The notes under the pieces were generated by a model that ran no database searches, had not been told where the DNA came from, and saw only the letters and a list, made by a program, of their open reading frames with translations. A stretch of 64,000 nt of DNA from an uncultured Verrucomicrobiae bacterium. GTDB lineage: Bacteria; Verrucomicrobiota; Verrucomicrobiia; Chthoniobacterales; UBA10450. Where the stretch lies: the NCBI GenBank assembly GCA_963815455.1, contig CAWFGO010000001.1:224001-288000 (forward strand). Direction: 5' to 3'. The translations under genes were made by a program, and so were the position numbers. Position 1 is the first letter of the stretch. Each line of letters opens with the position of its first letter. Below, piece after piece: positions 19,333 through 29,555 of the stretch.

Positions 19333-21452
19333 AGATCGACAATGGAACCGGCGGGAGCCGAGAGACATCGACGGGAAAGCCCGGCAGGGTTGACGAGCGG
19401 GGACGTGAGTCAATCAATTTCTTTGCCGAACTAAAGCGGCGCAACGTTTACAAGGTTGCGGTCGCCTACATTGTAGCGGGATGGGCGCTGTCGCAGGGAA
19501 TTGCACAGGTCCTTCCGATTTTCGATGTTCCGATCTGGTTCGTTCGATCGATTGTCCTGCTAATCATTCTCGGTCTGCCAATCGCGCTGGTTCTGGCCTG
19601 GATGTTTGAGATAACACCGGAAGGAATCAAACGAACCGAAACCGCCGATGCGATGCCCACGGCGACGCGAAAAAAGAAGCACACCTGGATTTACGTCGTT
19701 GCAGCAGGTGCGGTCCTCTCCATCGGTCTTTTCCTACTCGGTCGATACACCGGTCAGAATGTCGCGAGTGCGGCTCGCACCGAGGCGACTGCAAGTTCAT
19801 CGATTCCGCAAAAATCGATCGCGGTGTTGCCCTTCGAAAACCTGAGCAGCGACAAGGAGAACGCGTACTTCGCGGATGGCATTCAGGAAGAAATCCTAAC
19901 GCGGCTCGCCAAGATCGCGGATTTGAAAGTGATCTCGCGCACTTCAACTCAGCAGTATCAGAGCAAGCCCGGCAATCTCGCCGAGATCGCAAAGCAACTG
20001 GGTGTCGCGAACATCCTGGAAGGCAGTGTCCAGAAAGCGGCGGATCAGGTGCGCGTCAACGTCCAACTCATCCGGGCGGCCACCGATTCGCATCTGTGGG
20101 CCGATACCTACGACCGCAAACTGGTCGATATCTTCGGTGTCGAGAGCGAAGTCGCGAAAGCAATCGCCGACGCGCTCCAAGCGAAGCTTACCGGCGGCGA
20201 GCGGCAAGCGCTCGGGGTGAAGCCGACCAACAATTCAGAGGCTTACGACGCGTATCTCCGGGGGTTGGCTCTTGAAGCACGCGTATCCGCTCCAAACGAT
20301 TTTGAGAAGGTCGTCGGCTTTTACCAGCAGGCGGTGCAGCTCGACCCAGTTTTTGCGCTCGCCTGGGCCAGACTCTCTCGTGCAAACGCTCACGCGTATT
20401 TCGCCGGTGTAGATACGACTCGCGCCGCTCGCCGTGAGGCGACGGAGCGGGCCTTAAACACCGCGCAGAAACTCCAACCAAACTCGCCCGAGACCCTGCT
20501 CGCGCAAGCTTACTATCAATATTGGGTGTTGCGGAATTACGAGATTGCCAAAGCGACGTTCGGGCGCGTCCGGGAGCTTTTGCCGGGTAGCAGCGATGTC
20601 CCTGCCGCTCTCGCCCTAATCGCCCGACGACAAGGGCGCTGGGATGAAAGCGTTGCCTACTGGGAGCAAACCCTTGCGCTCGATCCGCGTAACACTGAAT
20701 GGCTTGGAAGCGTCGGAGAGACTTACGCAATGCTTCGGCGATTCCCAGCTGCGCTAAAAATATACGATAGATTGTTGGACATCGTTCCGAATGACTCCAC
20801 CGCCGTCGCGTTCGAAGCAAAAATTTATCAGGCCGAGGGCAATTTGGAACAAGCCGGGAAATTGTTGGCTGGCGTAAACGCGCAGACCCCTTCGTTTCTG
20901 GCCTTCATAACGAAGTTGAACCAATTATTTTTTGAGCGCGATTTCGACGAAGCCATCCGATTGATTCATGGCCGACGCACTGAATCTCGCGACCTGTCCG
21001 AGATCGAAAGGCTCCTTAATCCATTCTTTCTAGTCGCCGCCCAGGAATTTGCCGGGGATATTGCCGGAGCGCGAGCCACTGCTCAACAACTGTTGCCTAC
21101 GCTGGAAACGCTCCGCCAAAAGGCCCCGGATAACCCTGATCTTGAGACAGCGCTTTCGTTCATTCATGCTGTGCTCGGCCAGAAAGATGCAGCGATAAAG
21201 GAAGCTGAGCGCGCGATCACGCTGCTGCCAAGTGCGAAGGACGCAGTAGATGGACCCAAGTACGAGGAAAATTTGGCGGCGATCGAGGCAATGGTCGGCG
21301 ACAAAGACCGCGCGATTCCAGGGCTGCAGCACCTTTTGGAGATTCCGTATACCAACTTCCTTACGCCCGCGCTTCTAATGTTCGATCCGCAATGGGACCC
21401 GTTGCGTAACGACCCGCGTTTCCGGAAACTCTGCGAAGACAAGACAAAGTGA
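19329..21452 (+). CDS. Membrane protein with TolB-like and TPR domains (array member E)
   Basis: ATGA overlap with D; ELKRRNVYKV; SIAVLPFENLS; DPQWDPLRNDPRF. Confidence 0.85.
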   Translation: MKIDNGTGGSRETSTGKPGRVDERGRESINFFAELKRRNVYKVAVAYIVAGWALSQGIAQVLPIFDVPIWFVRSIVLLIILGLPIALVLAWMFEITPEGIKRTETADAMPTATRKKKHTWIYVVAAGAVLSIGLFLLGRYTGQNVASAARTEATASSSIPQKSIAVLPFENLSSDKENAYFADGIQEEILTRLAKIADLKVISRTSTQQYQSKPGNLAEIAKQLGVANILEGSVQKAADQVRVNVQLIRAATDSHLWADTYDRKLVDIFGVESEVAKAIADALQAKLTGGERQALGVKPTNNSEAYDAYLRGLALEARVSAPNDFEKVVGFYQQAVQLDPVFALAWARLSRANAHAYFAGVDTTRAARREATERALNTAQKLQPNSPETLLAQAYYQYWVLRNYEIAKATFGRVRELLPGSSDVPAALALIARRQGRWDESVAYWEQTLALDPRNTEWLGSVGETYAMLRRFPAALKIYDRLLDIVPNDSTAVAFEAKIYQAEGNLEQAGKLLAGVNAQTPSFLAFITKLNQLFFERDFDEAIRLIHGRRTESRDLSEIERLLNPFFLVAAQEFAGDIAGARATAQQLLPTLETLRQKAPDNPDLETALSFIHAVLGQKDAAIKEAERAITLLPSAKDAVDGPKYEENLAAIEAMVGDKDRAIPGLQHLLEIPYTNFLTPALLMFDPQWDPLRNDPRFRKLCEDKTK

Positions 21453-23512
21453 GCTCACGCAATTTTTTCGGAGAACTGAAGCGGCGCAATGTTTACAAGG
21501 TTGCCGTCGCGTATGCCGTCGTTGGCTGGCTGCTCATTCAGGTCGCTACGCAGGTTTTTCCATTTCTCGACATTCCAAATTCGGTTGTGCGATGGGTCAT
21601 TGTATCGGTGGCGATTGGGTTTCCAATCGCCCTGTTCGCGGCATGGGCGTTTGAACTGACGCCCGAAGGTTTGAAACGCACGGAAGATGTCGATCCTGCA
21701 GCTTCGGCGCACCAGCCAAAAAAGCAGACCTGGATTTTTGTCGTGATCGTCGGAGCTATTCTTTCCATCGGATTGTTTTTTGTCGGCCGCTACACGGCTC
21801 CGAATACCAGCAGCGCGTCGCAACCGCCTGCCAAATCGATCGCGGTATTGCCGTTCGAAAATCTGAGTGCCGACAAAGACAACGGCTACTTCGCGACTGG
21901 AATGCAGGACGAAATCCTCACGCGCCTGGCTGGTATTCGCGATCTCAAGGTGATCTCGCGCACCTCGACCGAACAATACGCCAGCCGTCCGCCGAATTTG
22001 AAAATCGTGGCCGAACAACTGGGCGTGGCGACGGTGCTCGAGGGCAGCGTGCAGAAGGCCGGGAATGCTCTTCATATCAACGTGCAGCTGCTCGATGCGC
22101 GCAGTGACAGTCATCTCTGGGCGCAGAGTTACGACCGCGACCTGAAGGATATCTTCGGGGTGCAGCGCGATGTGGCGCAGAATGTCGCCGATGCCTTGAA
22201 GGCGCATTTAGTCCCGGCGGAGTCGGCTCGCATCGCCAGCGTGCCAACGCAGAATCCCGAAGCCTACGATCTCTACCTGCGCGGCAATGCTCACTATCAG
22301 CGCGCATATGATCAAAGCGCGCTGACCTCCAGGGAGATGCCACTGGCGATTGAGGCGTATCAACAGGCGCTGGCGAAGGATCCAAACTTCGCGGTTGCCG
22401 CGGCGATGTTAGCGCAAACGCATATGCGGATTTATTGGCTATTGCCCGACCGGACCGAGGCTCGATTGGCTGCCGCCAAGGCGGCGGCGGACCAGGCCCT
22501 GGCTCTGCAACCGGACCTGGGCGAGGCGCACGTGGCGCTTGGAACCTACTGGTACTACGGTCATCGCGACTACGCGCAGGCTTTACTGCAACTCGATCTC
22601 GCGCAAAAATCCCTGCCCAACAGCGCCACCGTCGAGCTCTATGTCGGGGCCATCTTGCGACGCCAGGGTCAATGGGACGACGCCATCACTCATATGCAAC
22701 GGGCGATCGCGCTCGATCCGCGAAGCAGTCTATCCATTGATCAATTGGCTATCGTCTATCAGACTTTGCGTCGTTACGCCGAGGCCGAGCCGGTGTTCGC
22801 GCGGGCCGTTGCTGTAACCCAGGACCCGACTGACGAACAGATCACGCAAGCCTTTAACTATGTGGTCTGGAAAGGTGACCTCGCTCCAATGCGCGCTGCG
22901 GTCGCCTCCCTCACCGTCGGGGGCGCCGACTATTCCGGGAATGCGCTGTCCGTATTCCAACTCAGTTGGTGGTCGCGTAATTTCTCGGGAGCGGCAAAGG
23001 TGGCGGAAAATGATATGCAGGCCAACTGGGCCGATCAAAGCAACGTCACTTTGCCTCGGCGTTTATATCTCGCGTTCGCCTATCAGGCCGGCGGAGATAA
23101 GGCAAAGGCACAGCCACTTTACGCTGAGGTCCGCGCGCAAATGCAAACCGTTTTGGTCCAGCGTCCCGACGATCCCGATCTGCATCTGGCCCTCGGCTTC
23201 GCCGCCGCTGGGCTGGGACTCAAGGACGAGGCGATACGTGAGGGACGCAAAGCCACTGCTCTGATGCCAGTGAGTCGCGACGGTTACAGTGGTCCGGGCT
23301 ACCTTGTTCAGTTAGCGCAGATCTACCTGCGCGTGGGCGAAAACGATCAAGCGATCGATACGTTGCGTGAAGTGCTGGCTTTGCCGTCGGGCGGCGTTGC
23401 CATTTCGCCCGCCTTGATCAACCTGGATCCCATCTGGGATCTGCTGCGCAACGATCCGCGCTTCCGGAAGCTGACACAATCGAAGGCGGCGGGCGAAAAA
23501 AATTCAAAATGA
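21449..23512 (+). CDS. Membrane protein with TolB-like and TPR domains (array member F)
   Basis: GTGA overlap with E; same domain motifs; DPIWDLLRNDPRF. Confidence 0.85.
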   Translation: MSSRNFFGELKRRNVYKVAVAYAVVGWLLIQVATQVFPFLDIPNSVVRWVIVSVAIGFPIALFAAWAFELTPEGLKRTEDVDPAASAHQPKKQTWIFVVIVGAILSIGLFFVGRYTAPNTSSASQPPAKSIAVLPFENLSADKDNGYFATGMQDEILTRLAGIRDLKVISRTSTEQYASRPPNLKIVAEQLGVATVLEGSVQKAGNALHINVQLLDARSDSHLWAQSYDRDLKDIFGVQRDVAQNVADALKAHLVPAESARIASVPTQNPEAYDLYLRGNAHYQRAYDQSALTSREMPLAIEAYQQALAKDPNFAVAAAMLAQTHMRIYWLLPDRTEARLAAAKAAADQALALQPDLGEAHVALGTYWYYGHRDYAQALLQLDLAQKSLPNSATVELYVGAILRRQGQWDDAITHMQRAIALDPRSSLSIDQLAIVYQTLRRYAEAEPVFARAVAVTQDPTDEQITQAFNYVVWKGDLAPMRAAVASLTVGGADYSGNALSVFQLSWWSRNFSGAAKVAENDMQANWADQSNVTLPRRLYLAFAYQAGGDKAKAQPLYAEVRAQMQTVLVQRPDDPDLHLALGFAAAGLGLKDEAIREGRKATALMPVSRDGYSGPGYLVQLAQIYLRVGENDQAIDTLREVLALPSGGVAISPALINLDPIWDLLRNDPRFRKLTQSKAAGEKNSK

Positions 23513-25278
23513 ACGAATTCCTGCAGCGCCTAAAGCAGCGCAAACTGGTGCAGTGGACGGTGGCCTATGTTGCGGCTGCGTTCGCGCTCCTCCAGGGCGT
23601 CGACATTGTCGCGCAGCGATTCGGCTGGCCCGAACAAACGATGCGCCTCGTCATCGTCGTGCTGAGCGTGGGCCTTTTCATCACGCTGGTTTTGGCCTGG
23701 TATCACGGAGAACGCGGCGCGCAACGCGTGACCGGGACCGAGCTGCTGATTCTTGCCTTGTTGCTGGCGATCGGCGGCGGTTTTCTCTGGCGATTTGCCG
23801 GCGCTTCGCGATCGATCGCGGCGCAGCCACCTTCAGAATCCAAATCAGCCGTCAACGCCAAGTCCGTTGCCGTACTCGCGTTCGCCAATCTTAGCGACGA
23901 TAAGGGCAGCGAATATTTTTCCGACGGCATCAGTGAGGAATTACTAACTGTGCTGCAAAAAATTCCCGGCCTACACGTGGCTGCGCGCACATCGGCGTTT
24001 TCTTTCAAAGGCAAAAACGCGACCGCGCAGGAGATCGGGCAGAAGCTTGGCGTGGCGCACCTGGTCGAGGGAAGTGTGCGCAAGGCGGGCGACGTCGTGC
24101 GCATCGCAGCCCGGCTCACCCAGGCCAATACCGGCGAAGAAGTCTGGTCGGAAAATTACACACGCAATTTGAAAGATGTGTTCGCGGTCCAAACCGAACT
24201 CGCGCAGACGATCGTCGAACAATTGCGCGGTCGATTTGCTGCAACGGATGCAGGGCCGACGGCAAAAGAAAAGATTCACGCGGAGGTGCAGGCGGCAGAA
24301 AAGGGCGGAACGAAAAACGTCGAAGCGCACGAATCCTATTTGCAAGGCCGTTTTTTTGCCAACCGCCACTCAGAAAAAGAAACGGACCAAGCCCTTGTCG
24401 CTTATGAACGGGCAGTGAAGCTGGATCCCAAATTCGCGCTCGCGTGGGCGGGGTTAGCCCAGACTCACGTCTGGAATTGCAACTATGCCACGGAGGGAGG
24501 CCAAAAAGGCTTCAACGCTCATCTGGCCGCCGCGCGCGAGGCCGTGGAACGAGCGCTTTCCTTCGAACCCGACCTGCCGGACGCGCTGTATCCAAAGGCG
24601 ATGATCGAAACAAATTTTGATTATGATTGGAAAGGTGCGGCCGAGACATTGCGCAAGGCCCTTGCTCTGGCCCCACAAGATCCGGCGCTGTTGATGGAGG
24701 CAGGAAATCTTGCGCAAGCTCGCGGCGAAACCACCCAGAGTCTCGATCTTTTCCGGCGGGCGGTTGCCTTGGACCCGGTGAATGCCCAAGCTCGGGCGTT
24801 TCTCGCGGGCAGTTTATCGGTCTCGGGGAAGCAGGAGGAAGCGCGGACGGAATACGCCCGCGAGATTGAGTTGAACCCGTCAGCACCGAATTCCCATGCC
24901 GGTGTAGGCTTGACTTATCTTTTGGAAGGCAAATTTGAAGAAGCGGCGGTGGCTGCGCAAAAGGACGCGGCCGATTGGGCACGACTCCTCATCGTGAGCT
25001 GCGCGCGCTGGAGCCAAAAGCGAGTTCCCGAGTCTGATGCAGCGCTTGGGGAGTTGATCGCAAACACCGGCGAAACCGGCGCCTACCAGATTGCTGAAGT
25101 CTACGGATATCGGAATGACAAGGATCATGCCTTCGAATGGTTGGAGCGCGCGCGCCGGCAACGCGATGCCGGTCTGCCCGTTTTGCGCGCAGATACATTG
25201 CTCCCTAATCTTCACGGCGATCCGCGGTGGGATTCATTTTTGCGCAAGATGGGCCTGGCCGACGACCAATTAAAATGA
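23509..25278 (+). CDS. Membrane protein with TolB-like and TPR domains (array member G)
   Basis: ATGA overlap with F; LKQRKLVQWTVAY; FSDGISEELL; DPRW tail. Confidence 0.85.
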   Translation: MNEFLQRLKQRKLVQWTVAYVAAAFALLQGVDIVAQRFGWPEQTMRLVIVVLSVGLFITLVLAWYHGERGAQRVTGTELLILALLLAIGGGFLWRFAGASRSIAAQPPSESKSAVNAKSVAVLAFANLSDDKGSEYFSDGISEELLTVLQKIPGLHVAARTSAFSFKGKNATAQEIGQKLGVAHLVEGSVRKAGDVVRIAARLTQANTGEEVWSENYTRNLKDVFAVQTELAQTIVEQLRGRFAATDAGPTAKEKIHAEVQAAEKGGTKNVEAHESYLQGRFFANRHSEKETDQALVAYERAVKLDPKFALAWAGLAQTHVWNCNYATEGGQKGFNAHLAAAREAVERALSFEPDLPDALYPKAMIETNFDYDWKGAAETLRKALALAPQDPALLMEAGNLAQARGETTQSLDLFRRAVALDPVNAQARAFLAGSLSVSGKQEEARTEYAREIELNPSAPNSHAGVGLTYLLEGKFEEAAVAAQKDAADWARLLIVSCARWSQKRVPESDAALGELIANTGETGAYQIAEVYGYRNDKDHAFEWLERARRQRDAGLPVLRADTLLPNLHGDPRWDSFLRKMGLADDQLK

Positions 25279-27023
25279 GCGGCCGCAATTTCTTCGCCGA
25301 GTTAAAACGGCGCAATGTTTACAAAGTCGCCGTCGCGTATGCGGTCGCCGGATGGGCCCTCGCGCAAGGCATCGCCCAGGTTTTTCCGGTTTTCGATATC
25401 CCAAACTGGGCAGTGCGTCTGATCGTGCTGGTGATCGTGATCGGATTTCCCGTTGCGCTTGTGATTGCGTGGGCGTTTGAGCTTACGCCGGAGGGGCTGA
25501 AGCGAACCGAAGATGTCGATCCTGCGGCATCGGCGCATCAACCGAAAAAACGGACATGGATTTTTGTCGTCATCATCGGCGGCGCAATTTCGCTCGGTTT
25601 ATTCCTTCTCGGTCGCTACAGCGCGACAACAACCGCAGCTCTGCCGGCGAAATCGATCGCCGTCCTTCCCTTCGATAATCTGAGCCGCGATCCGGACAAC
25701 GCTTACTTTTGTGAAGGCGTGCAGGATGAAATTCTAACTCGGCTCGCGAAGGTCGCAGACCTGAAGGTGATCTCGCGCACCTCGACCCAACATTTCAAGA
25801 GTGCGCCGGACAATCTTCCCGAGATCGCAAAGCAACTCGGCGTGGCTCACATTTTAGAGGGAAGTGTGCAGAAAGCAGGCGAGCAGGTGCGCGTGAATGT
25901 GCAGCTTATTAACGCGCTAACCGACGCGCATCTCTGGGCCGACACTTACGATCGCAAGTTGACCGATATTTTCGCGGTAGAGAGCGAGATCGCGAAAACA
26001 ATCGCGGAGACGTTGCGAGCCCGCCTGACCGGCTCGGAAAAAAGCTCGATCGCGAAAGAGCCGACATCGAATCCGGAAGCATACGAGCTTTACCTCAAGG
26101 GAAGATTTTTTTGGAACAAACGCAACGGCGACGATCTGCGCAAAGCGATCGACTATTTTAATCGAGCGATTGCCAAAGATCCGAATTACGCGCTGGCCTA
26201 TGTCGGCGTGGCGGATTCCTACCTGCTTCTTCCCAACTATGGCGCAGTCTCTCCAGTTGATTCAATCCCACCGGCGCGCTCCGCGTTGAAGAAGGCGCTG
26301 GCGCTCGACGACTCGCTGGCGGAAGCACACGCTTCGTCGGGTCTACTCGCAACCGTCGAGCTGGATCTCCAACCCGCGATTGACGAGTTGAAACGGGCGG
26401 TCGAGTTGAAACCGAACTACGCAACCGCCCATCACTGGCTCGCTTTGGCCTGGATGACAGTGAGGCAATTCGATCCCGCCATCGCCGAAGCGAAACGCGC
26501 GGTCGCACTTGACCCGCTCTCGCTAATCATCAATGCCGATTTCAGCTGGCTTTATCTCTGTAGCCGGCGCTACGACGAGGCGGAAGCGCAAGCGCGCAAA
26601 ACCCTGGAGATCGATCCCAACTTTTTTCTGGCGCATTACTATCTTGGTGAAATTTTGCAATTCAAAGGTCGCCTGACCGATGCGATCGCCGAATATCAAA
26701 AGGCGTTCGACCTAACGAACGATCCATACCCGCTCGCCGCCCTGGGCCAGGCGCGCGCTCGAAACGGACAAAAGGACGAAGCGCGCAAGATTCTTGACCG
26801 ACTTAATCAAGAAGCAAAGTCACGCTTTGTCGCGCCTTATGCGAAGGCGCTGGTTCTCAACGCGCTGGGCGAGAAAGCGCAGGCCATCGACGAACTGGAA
26901 CGCGCCTACCGCGAAGGCACCGGCGCTTACCTTTTCGTCATCACAGTGGATCCCATGGTCGATGATCTGCGCGGCGATCCGCGCTTCGAAGCGCTCGCTC
27001 AGAAGATAACGGGCGGGAAATAG
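25275..27023 (+). CDS. Membrane protein with TolB-like and TPR domains (array member H)
   Basis: ATGA overlap with G; MSGRNFFAELKRRNVYKV; YLKGRFFWNKR; LRGDPRF. Confidence 0.85.
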   Translation: MSGRNFFAELKRRNVYKVAVAYAVAGWALAQGIAQVFPVFDIPNWAVRLIVLVIVIGFPVALVIAWAFELTPEGLKRTEDVDPAASAHQPKKRTWIFVVIIGGAISLGLFLLGRYSATTTAALPAKSIAVLPFDNLSRDPDNAYFCEGVQDEILTRLAKVADLKVISRTSTQHFKSAPDNLPEIAKQLGVAHILEGSVQKAGEQVRVNVQLINALTDAHLWADTYDRKLTDIFAVESEIAKTIAETLRARLTGSEKSSIAKEPTSNPEAYELYLKGRFFWNKRNGDDLRKAIDYFNRAIAKDPNYALAYVGVADSYLLLPNYGAVSPVDSIPPARSALKKALALDDSLAEAHASSGLLATVELDLQPAIDELKRAVELKPNYATAHHWLALAWMTVRQFDPAIAEAKRAVALDPLSLIINADFSWLYLCSRRYDEAEAQARKTLEIDPNFFLAHYYLGEILQFKGRLTDAIAEYQKAFDLTNDPYPLAALGQARARNGQKDEARKILDRLNQEAKSRFVAPYAKALVLNALGEKAQAIDELERAYREGTGAYLFVITVDPMVDDLRGDPRFEALAQKITGGK

Positions 27024-27034
27024 TAAAGATCGGA

Positions 27035-27970
27035 TCACCTTGGGCGGTGTTGCTCGGCCAGCTTCACCAAAGTAAACAGCGCGTGGTTGACGGGAACATT
27101 GACGCCCAACTCCGCTCCTCGTCGAGATACATAGCCGTTTAACGAATCAATCTCGGTAGGCCGGCCGCGATTGAGATCCTGCGCCGTGGAGGAGAGCGCG
27201 CCAGCCATTTGAGTGGCAATCTCCATCGCCGCGGCCATTCCTGCTTTCGCATCGGCGATGTCGGGCAAAATTACTTTCGCAGCCCGTGCTACGGCCAGGA
27301 CTTCTTCGACGACGCTCTGCATCACCTGCCGCGCGTCGTTGCTTTCGGCGATCTGGCCATAACGAGCCTGGCCCAGGGCCGAGATGGCATTCAGCGCGCA
27401 GTTGCAAAGAAGTTTAGCCCACAATTCACCTTCGATGTTGTTCGAAATCTCACAGCGGATGCCGGCGCGGCCGAAAATGTCCGCCACATACTTCGTTTCT
27501 TCATTGGGCGGTCCGACAATGATATCACCGCGCGCCAAATGTTTTATGTGGCCTGGCTCCGGCACGGACACGGCAATGTAAACGGCGGCTGAAACAGCGG
27601 AGACGTCGGCGGCTTCGCGGATCTGGTCAACGTTATTTACTCCGTTTTGCAGACTCACAATCGTCGCATCCTTTGCGAGGAAAGGGGCCATTTGTGTTGC
27701 CGCGAACGGCGTATCCATCGATTTCACACAAAACAGAATCAGCCGGGCATCGCGCACCGAGCTCATGTCGGCCGTGGCTTCGACGCTGATCCGTTCCCGC
27801 TCTTGCGACCGATCGAGGACGAGCCCATTTTGTTTGACCGCATCGACAAATTGTTGTCGGCCAATCATCACAACCGGAGCACCCGCCCGCACAAACATCC
27901 CGCCGAAATAGCCGCCAACCGCACCGGCGCCCACGACGGCTATTCGCGGCCATTCATCGCCCTTCGTCAT
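27035..27970 (-). CDS. panE: 2-dehydropantoate 2-reductase
   Basis: GAGAVGGYFG, CVKS, SLQNG, LWAKLLCN, SSTAQD..GRPTEIDSLNG. Confidence 0.9.
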   Translation of the reverse strand: MTKGDEWPRIAVVGAGAVGGYFGGMFVRAGAPVVMIGRQQFVDAVKQNGLVLDRSQERERISVEATADMSSVRDARLILFCVKSMDTPFAATQMAPFLAKDATIVSLQNGVNNVDQIREAADVSAVSAAVYIAVSVPEPGHIKHLARGDIIVGPPNEETKYVADIFGRAGIRCEISNNIEGELWAKLLCNCALNAISALGQARYGQIAESNDARQVMQSVVEEVLAVARAAKVILPDIADAKAGMAAAMEIATQMAGALSSTAQDLNRGRPTEIDSLNGYVSRRGAELGVNVPVNHALFTLVKLAEQHRPR

Positions 27971-28138
27971 ACGTCCTTATACTAGCAGTTACTTCGTAGC
28001 GTAACTGCATTGTCGAAAGCTATTCACTCTGGACCAGTTGCTCGGGGAGACGTCACTTCGACGCGCGTGCAGACAATTATCCGCGGGAAATAACCAAGAT
28101 CGACAATCGCTTTTTCCGAACTGAACCGGCGCAATTGT

Positions 28139-28203
28139 TGTAGCCGCCCCGGTCTGCCGGGACGTCCTGGCCTGCGACACGGCGACAGAGCGCCGTGGCT
28201 ACA
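28139..28203. repeat. TGTAGCCG...GTGGCTACA family palindromic element
   Basis: Right arm acacggcgacagagcgccgtggctaca is identical to that of the copy at 51980-52052. Confidence 0.8.
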
Positions 28204-28241
28204 CCGCGAATTTATCTAATCACGCTTCGCGTTTCCCTGCC

Positions 28242-28808
28242 CTACGCTTTGTCGTACACGGCTTTGCCGTGGAACTTTTTGCCGTCCGCGCCGGTGCCGT
28301 TAATGGTCACAGTGCGCGACTTGCCGTCCTTGGCCACGGTGATTTTCCCCGACCAGACGACTTTGCCATCTTTCATGGCGGTGATTTCGTTGGTGTGATC
28401 GTTTACCGTTTTGTAGGCAGCGGAGTTCCACCCCATGTTTCCCTTCGCCGGATAGGCTTTTCCGTCAAACATCCCTACCCAAACTCCGTGGGTCGGTTTT
28501 CCATCCTTGTCCACACCGTCCACAGTCACCTTCACCTTGCCGCCCTTGGCCTCGGCGTAGACCACGGTGTGGTTCTTGCCCATCCCGGGCACGAGTTTCG
28601 ACTTCGCTTCATTGAGCTTCCATGTACCCATGTGAGGGCTCGTCGCGGCCATCATGGGAGCGGCTTCCTTCTTCGGAGCCTTTGCCTTGGCGGCTTTTGA
28701 AGCCGCTGGACTTGCCGCCGGCTCGGTCGCTTTCGTTTCACCAAAACAAACTGCCGCTGCCGTAAACGACAGGGCCACAACTGCTACTGCAATTCGAGAA
28801 TTCATCAT
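28242..28808 (-). CDS. Secreted beta-barrel-like hypothetical protein
   Basis: Signal peptide MMNSRIAVAVVALSFTAAAVCFG; Ala/Lys-rich linker; GTWKLNEAKSK lipocalin-like start; SKDGK-like SRT motif (AKDGKSRTVT). Confidence 0.7.
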   Translation of the reverse strand: MMNSRIAVAVVALSFTAAAVCFGETKATEPAASPAASKAAKAKAPKKEAAPMMAATSPHMGTWKLNEAKSKLVPGMGKNHTVVYAEAKGGKVKVTVDGVDKDGKPTHGVWVGMFDGKAYPAKGNMGWNSAAYKTVNDHTNEITAMKDGKVVWSGKITVAKDGKSRTVTINGTGADGKKFHGKAVYDKA

Positions 28809-28857
28809 GCGGCGGATTCCGGCAGAAATGCCGTTAGACGTCAATATCAATAATCTA

Positions 28858-28962
28858 AACCGCGGATTACCCGGATTAACACGGATCATAACTAATCGAG
28901 AATCTAGAATCTGGCCGTTGGATTCTTGTCGGTAATCCGCTAAATCCGCGTAATCCGCGGTT
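28858..28962. repeat. AACCGCGGAT...ATCCGCGGTT family element (arms of ~9-bp CGGAT units)
   Basis: Inverted arms of repeated cggat/atccg units; related at 30219-30309, ~41183-41208 and 61937-61996. Confidence 0.75.
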
Positions 28963-29009
28963 GAAAACAAACATTGACTCAGCATTCGATTCCCGGCTCG
29001 ATGGAAGCC

Positions 29010-29495
29010 ATGAAAACAAGAACCCTATTAGGTATTCTTACTCTGGGATTGGTCGCAACGGCAGTTTGTCTGGCAGGAGATGCGAAGATCGAACAAGCCC
29101 TTCGCGACCTCGACGCTCAATGGTCAGCGGCGGCCGCGGCCAAAGACGTCGATAAAACGGTTTCCTATTATTCCAAGGACGCTATTGTGCTGCCTCCGAA
29201 TAAACCGGTGGCGACAACCAGGGAAGCGATTCGCGCCTCCTGGAAAGAAGACATCGACAGCATGATCAGCGGAAGCTGGAAGGCAACGAGGGTGGAAGTA
29301 GCGAAGTCCGGCGACATGGCCTACGTCAGCGGCACCTTTGAGTGGACTTCGAAAGACGCCACCGGCAAAACGATCAACGACCACGGCAAGTATCTCGAGG
29401 TCTTCAAAAAACAATCCGACGGAAGCTGGAAGTGCACCGCCGATTGTTGGAATTCCGATCTTCCAGTTGCACCTACTGCAAACGAGAAAAAATAG
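29010..29495 (+). CDS. Secreted DUF4440 / NTF2-like protein
   Basis: Signal peptide; YYSKDAIVLPPN, SGDMAYVSG, DHGKYLEVFKKQSDGSWK..DCWNSD. Confidence 0.8.
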   Translation: MKTRTLLGILTLGLVATAVCLAGDAKIEQALRDLDAQWSAAAAAKDVDKTVSYYSKDAIVLPPNKPVATTREAIRASWKEDIDSMISGSWKATRVEVAKSGDMAYVSGTFEWTSKDATGKTINDHGKYLEVFKKQSDGSWKCTADCWNSDLPVAPTANEKK

Positions 29496-29555
29496 TTCGA
29501 TTGCCCGGACCGGCAACCGCAGAAGCTGACACACTGACACACAATAGGAGCGCAT

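Noticed and set aside
11327..27023. Diversity-generating retroelement or shufflon behind the array's variation
   Set aside because: No reverse transcriptase, no template/variable repeat pair with adenine-specific mismatches, and no recombinase or inverted cassettes.
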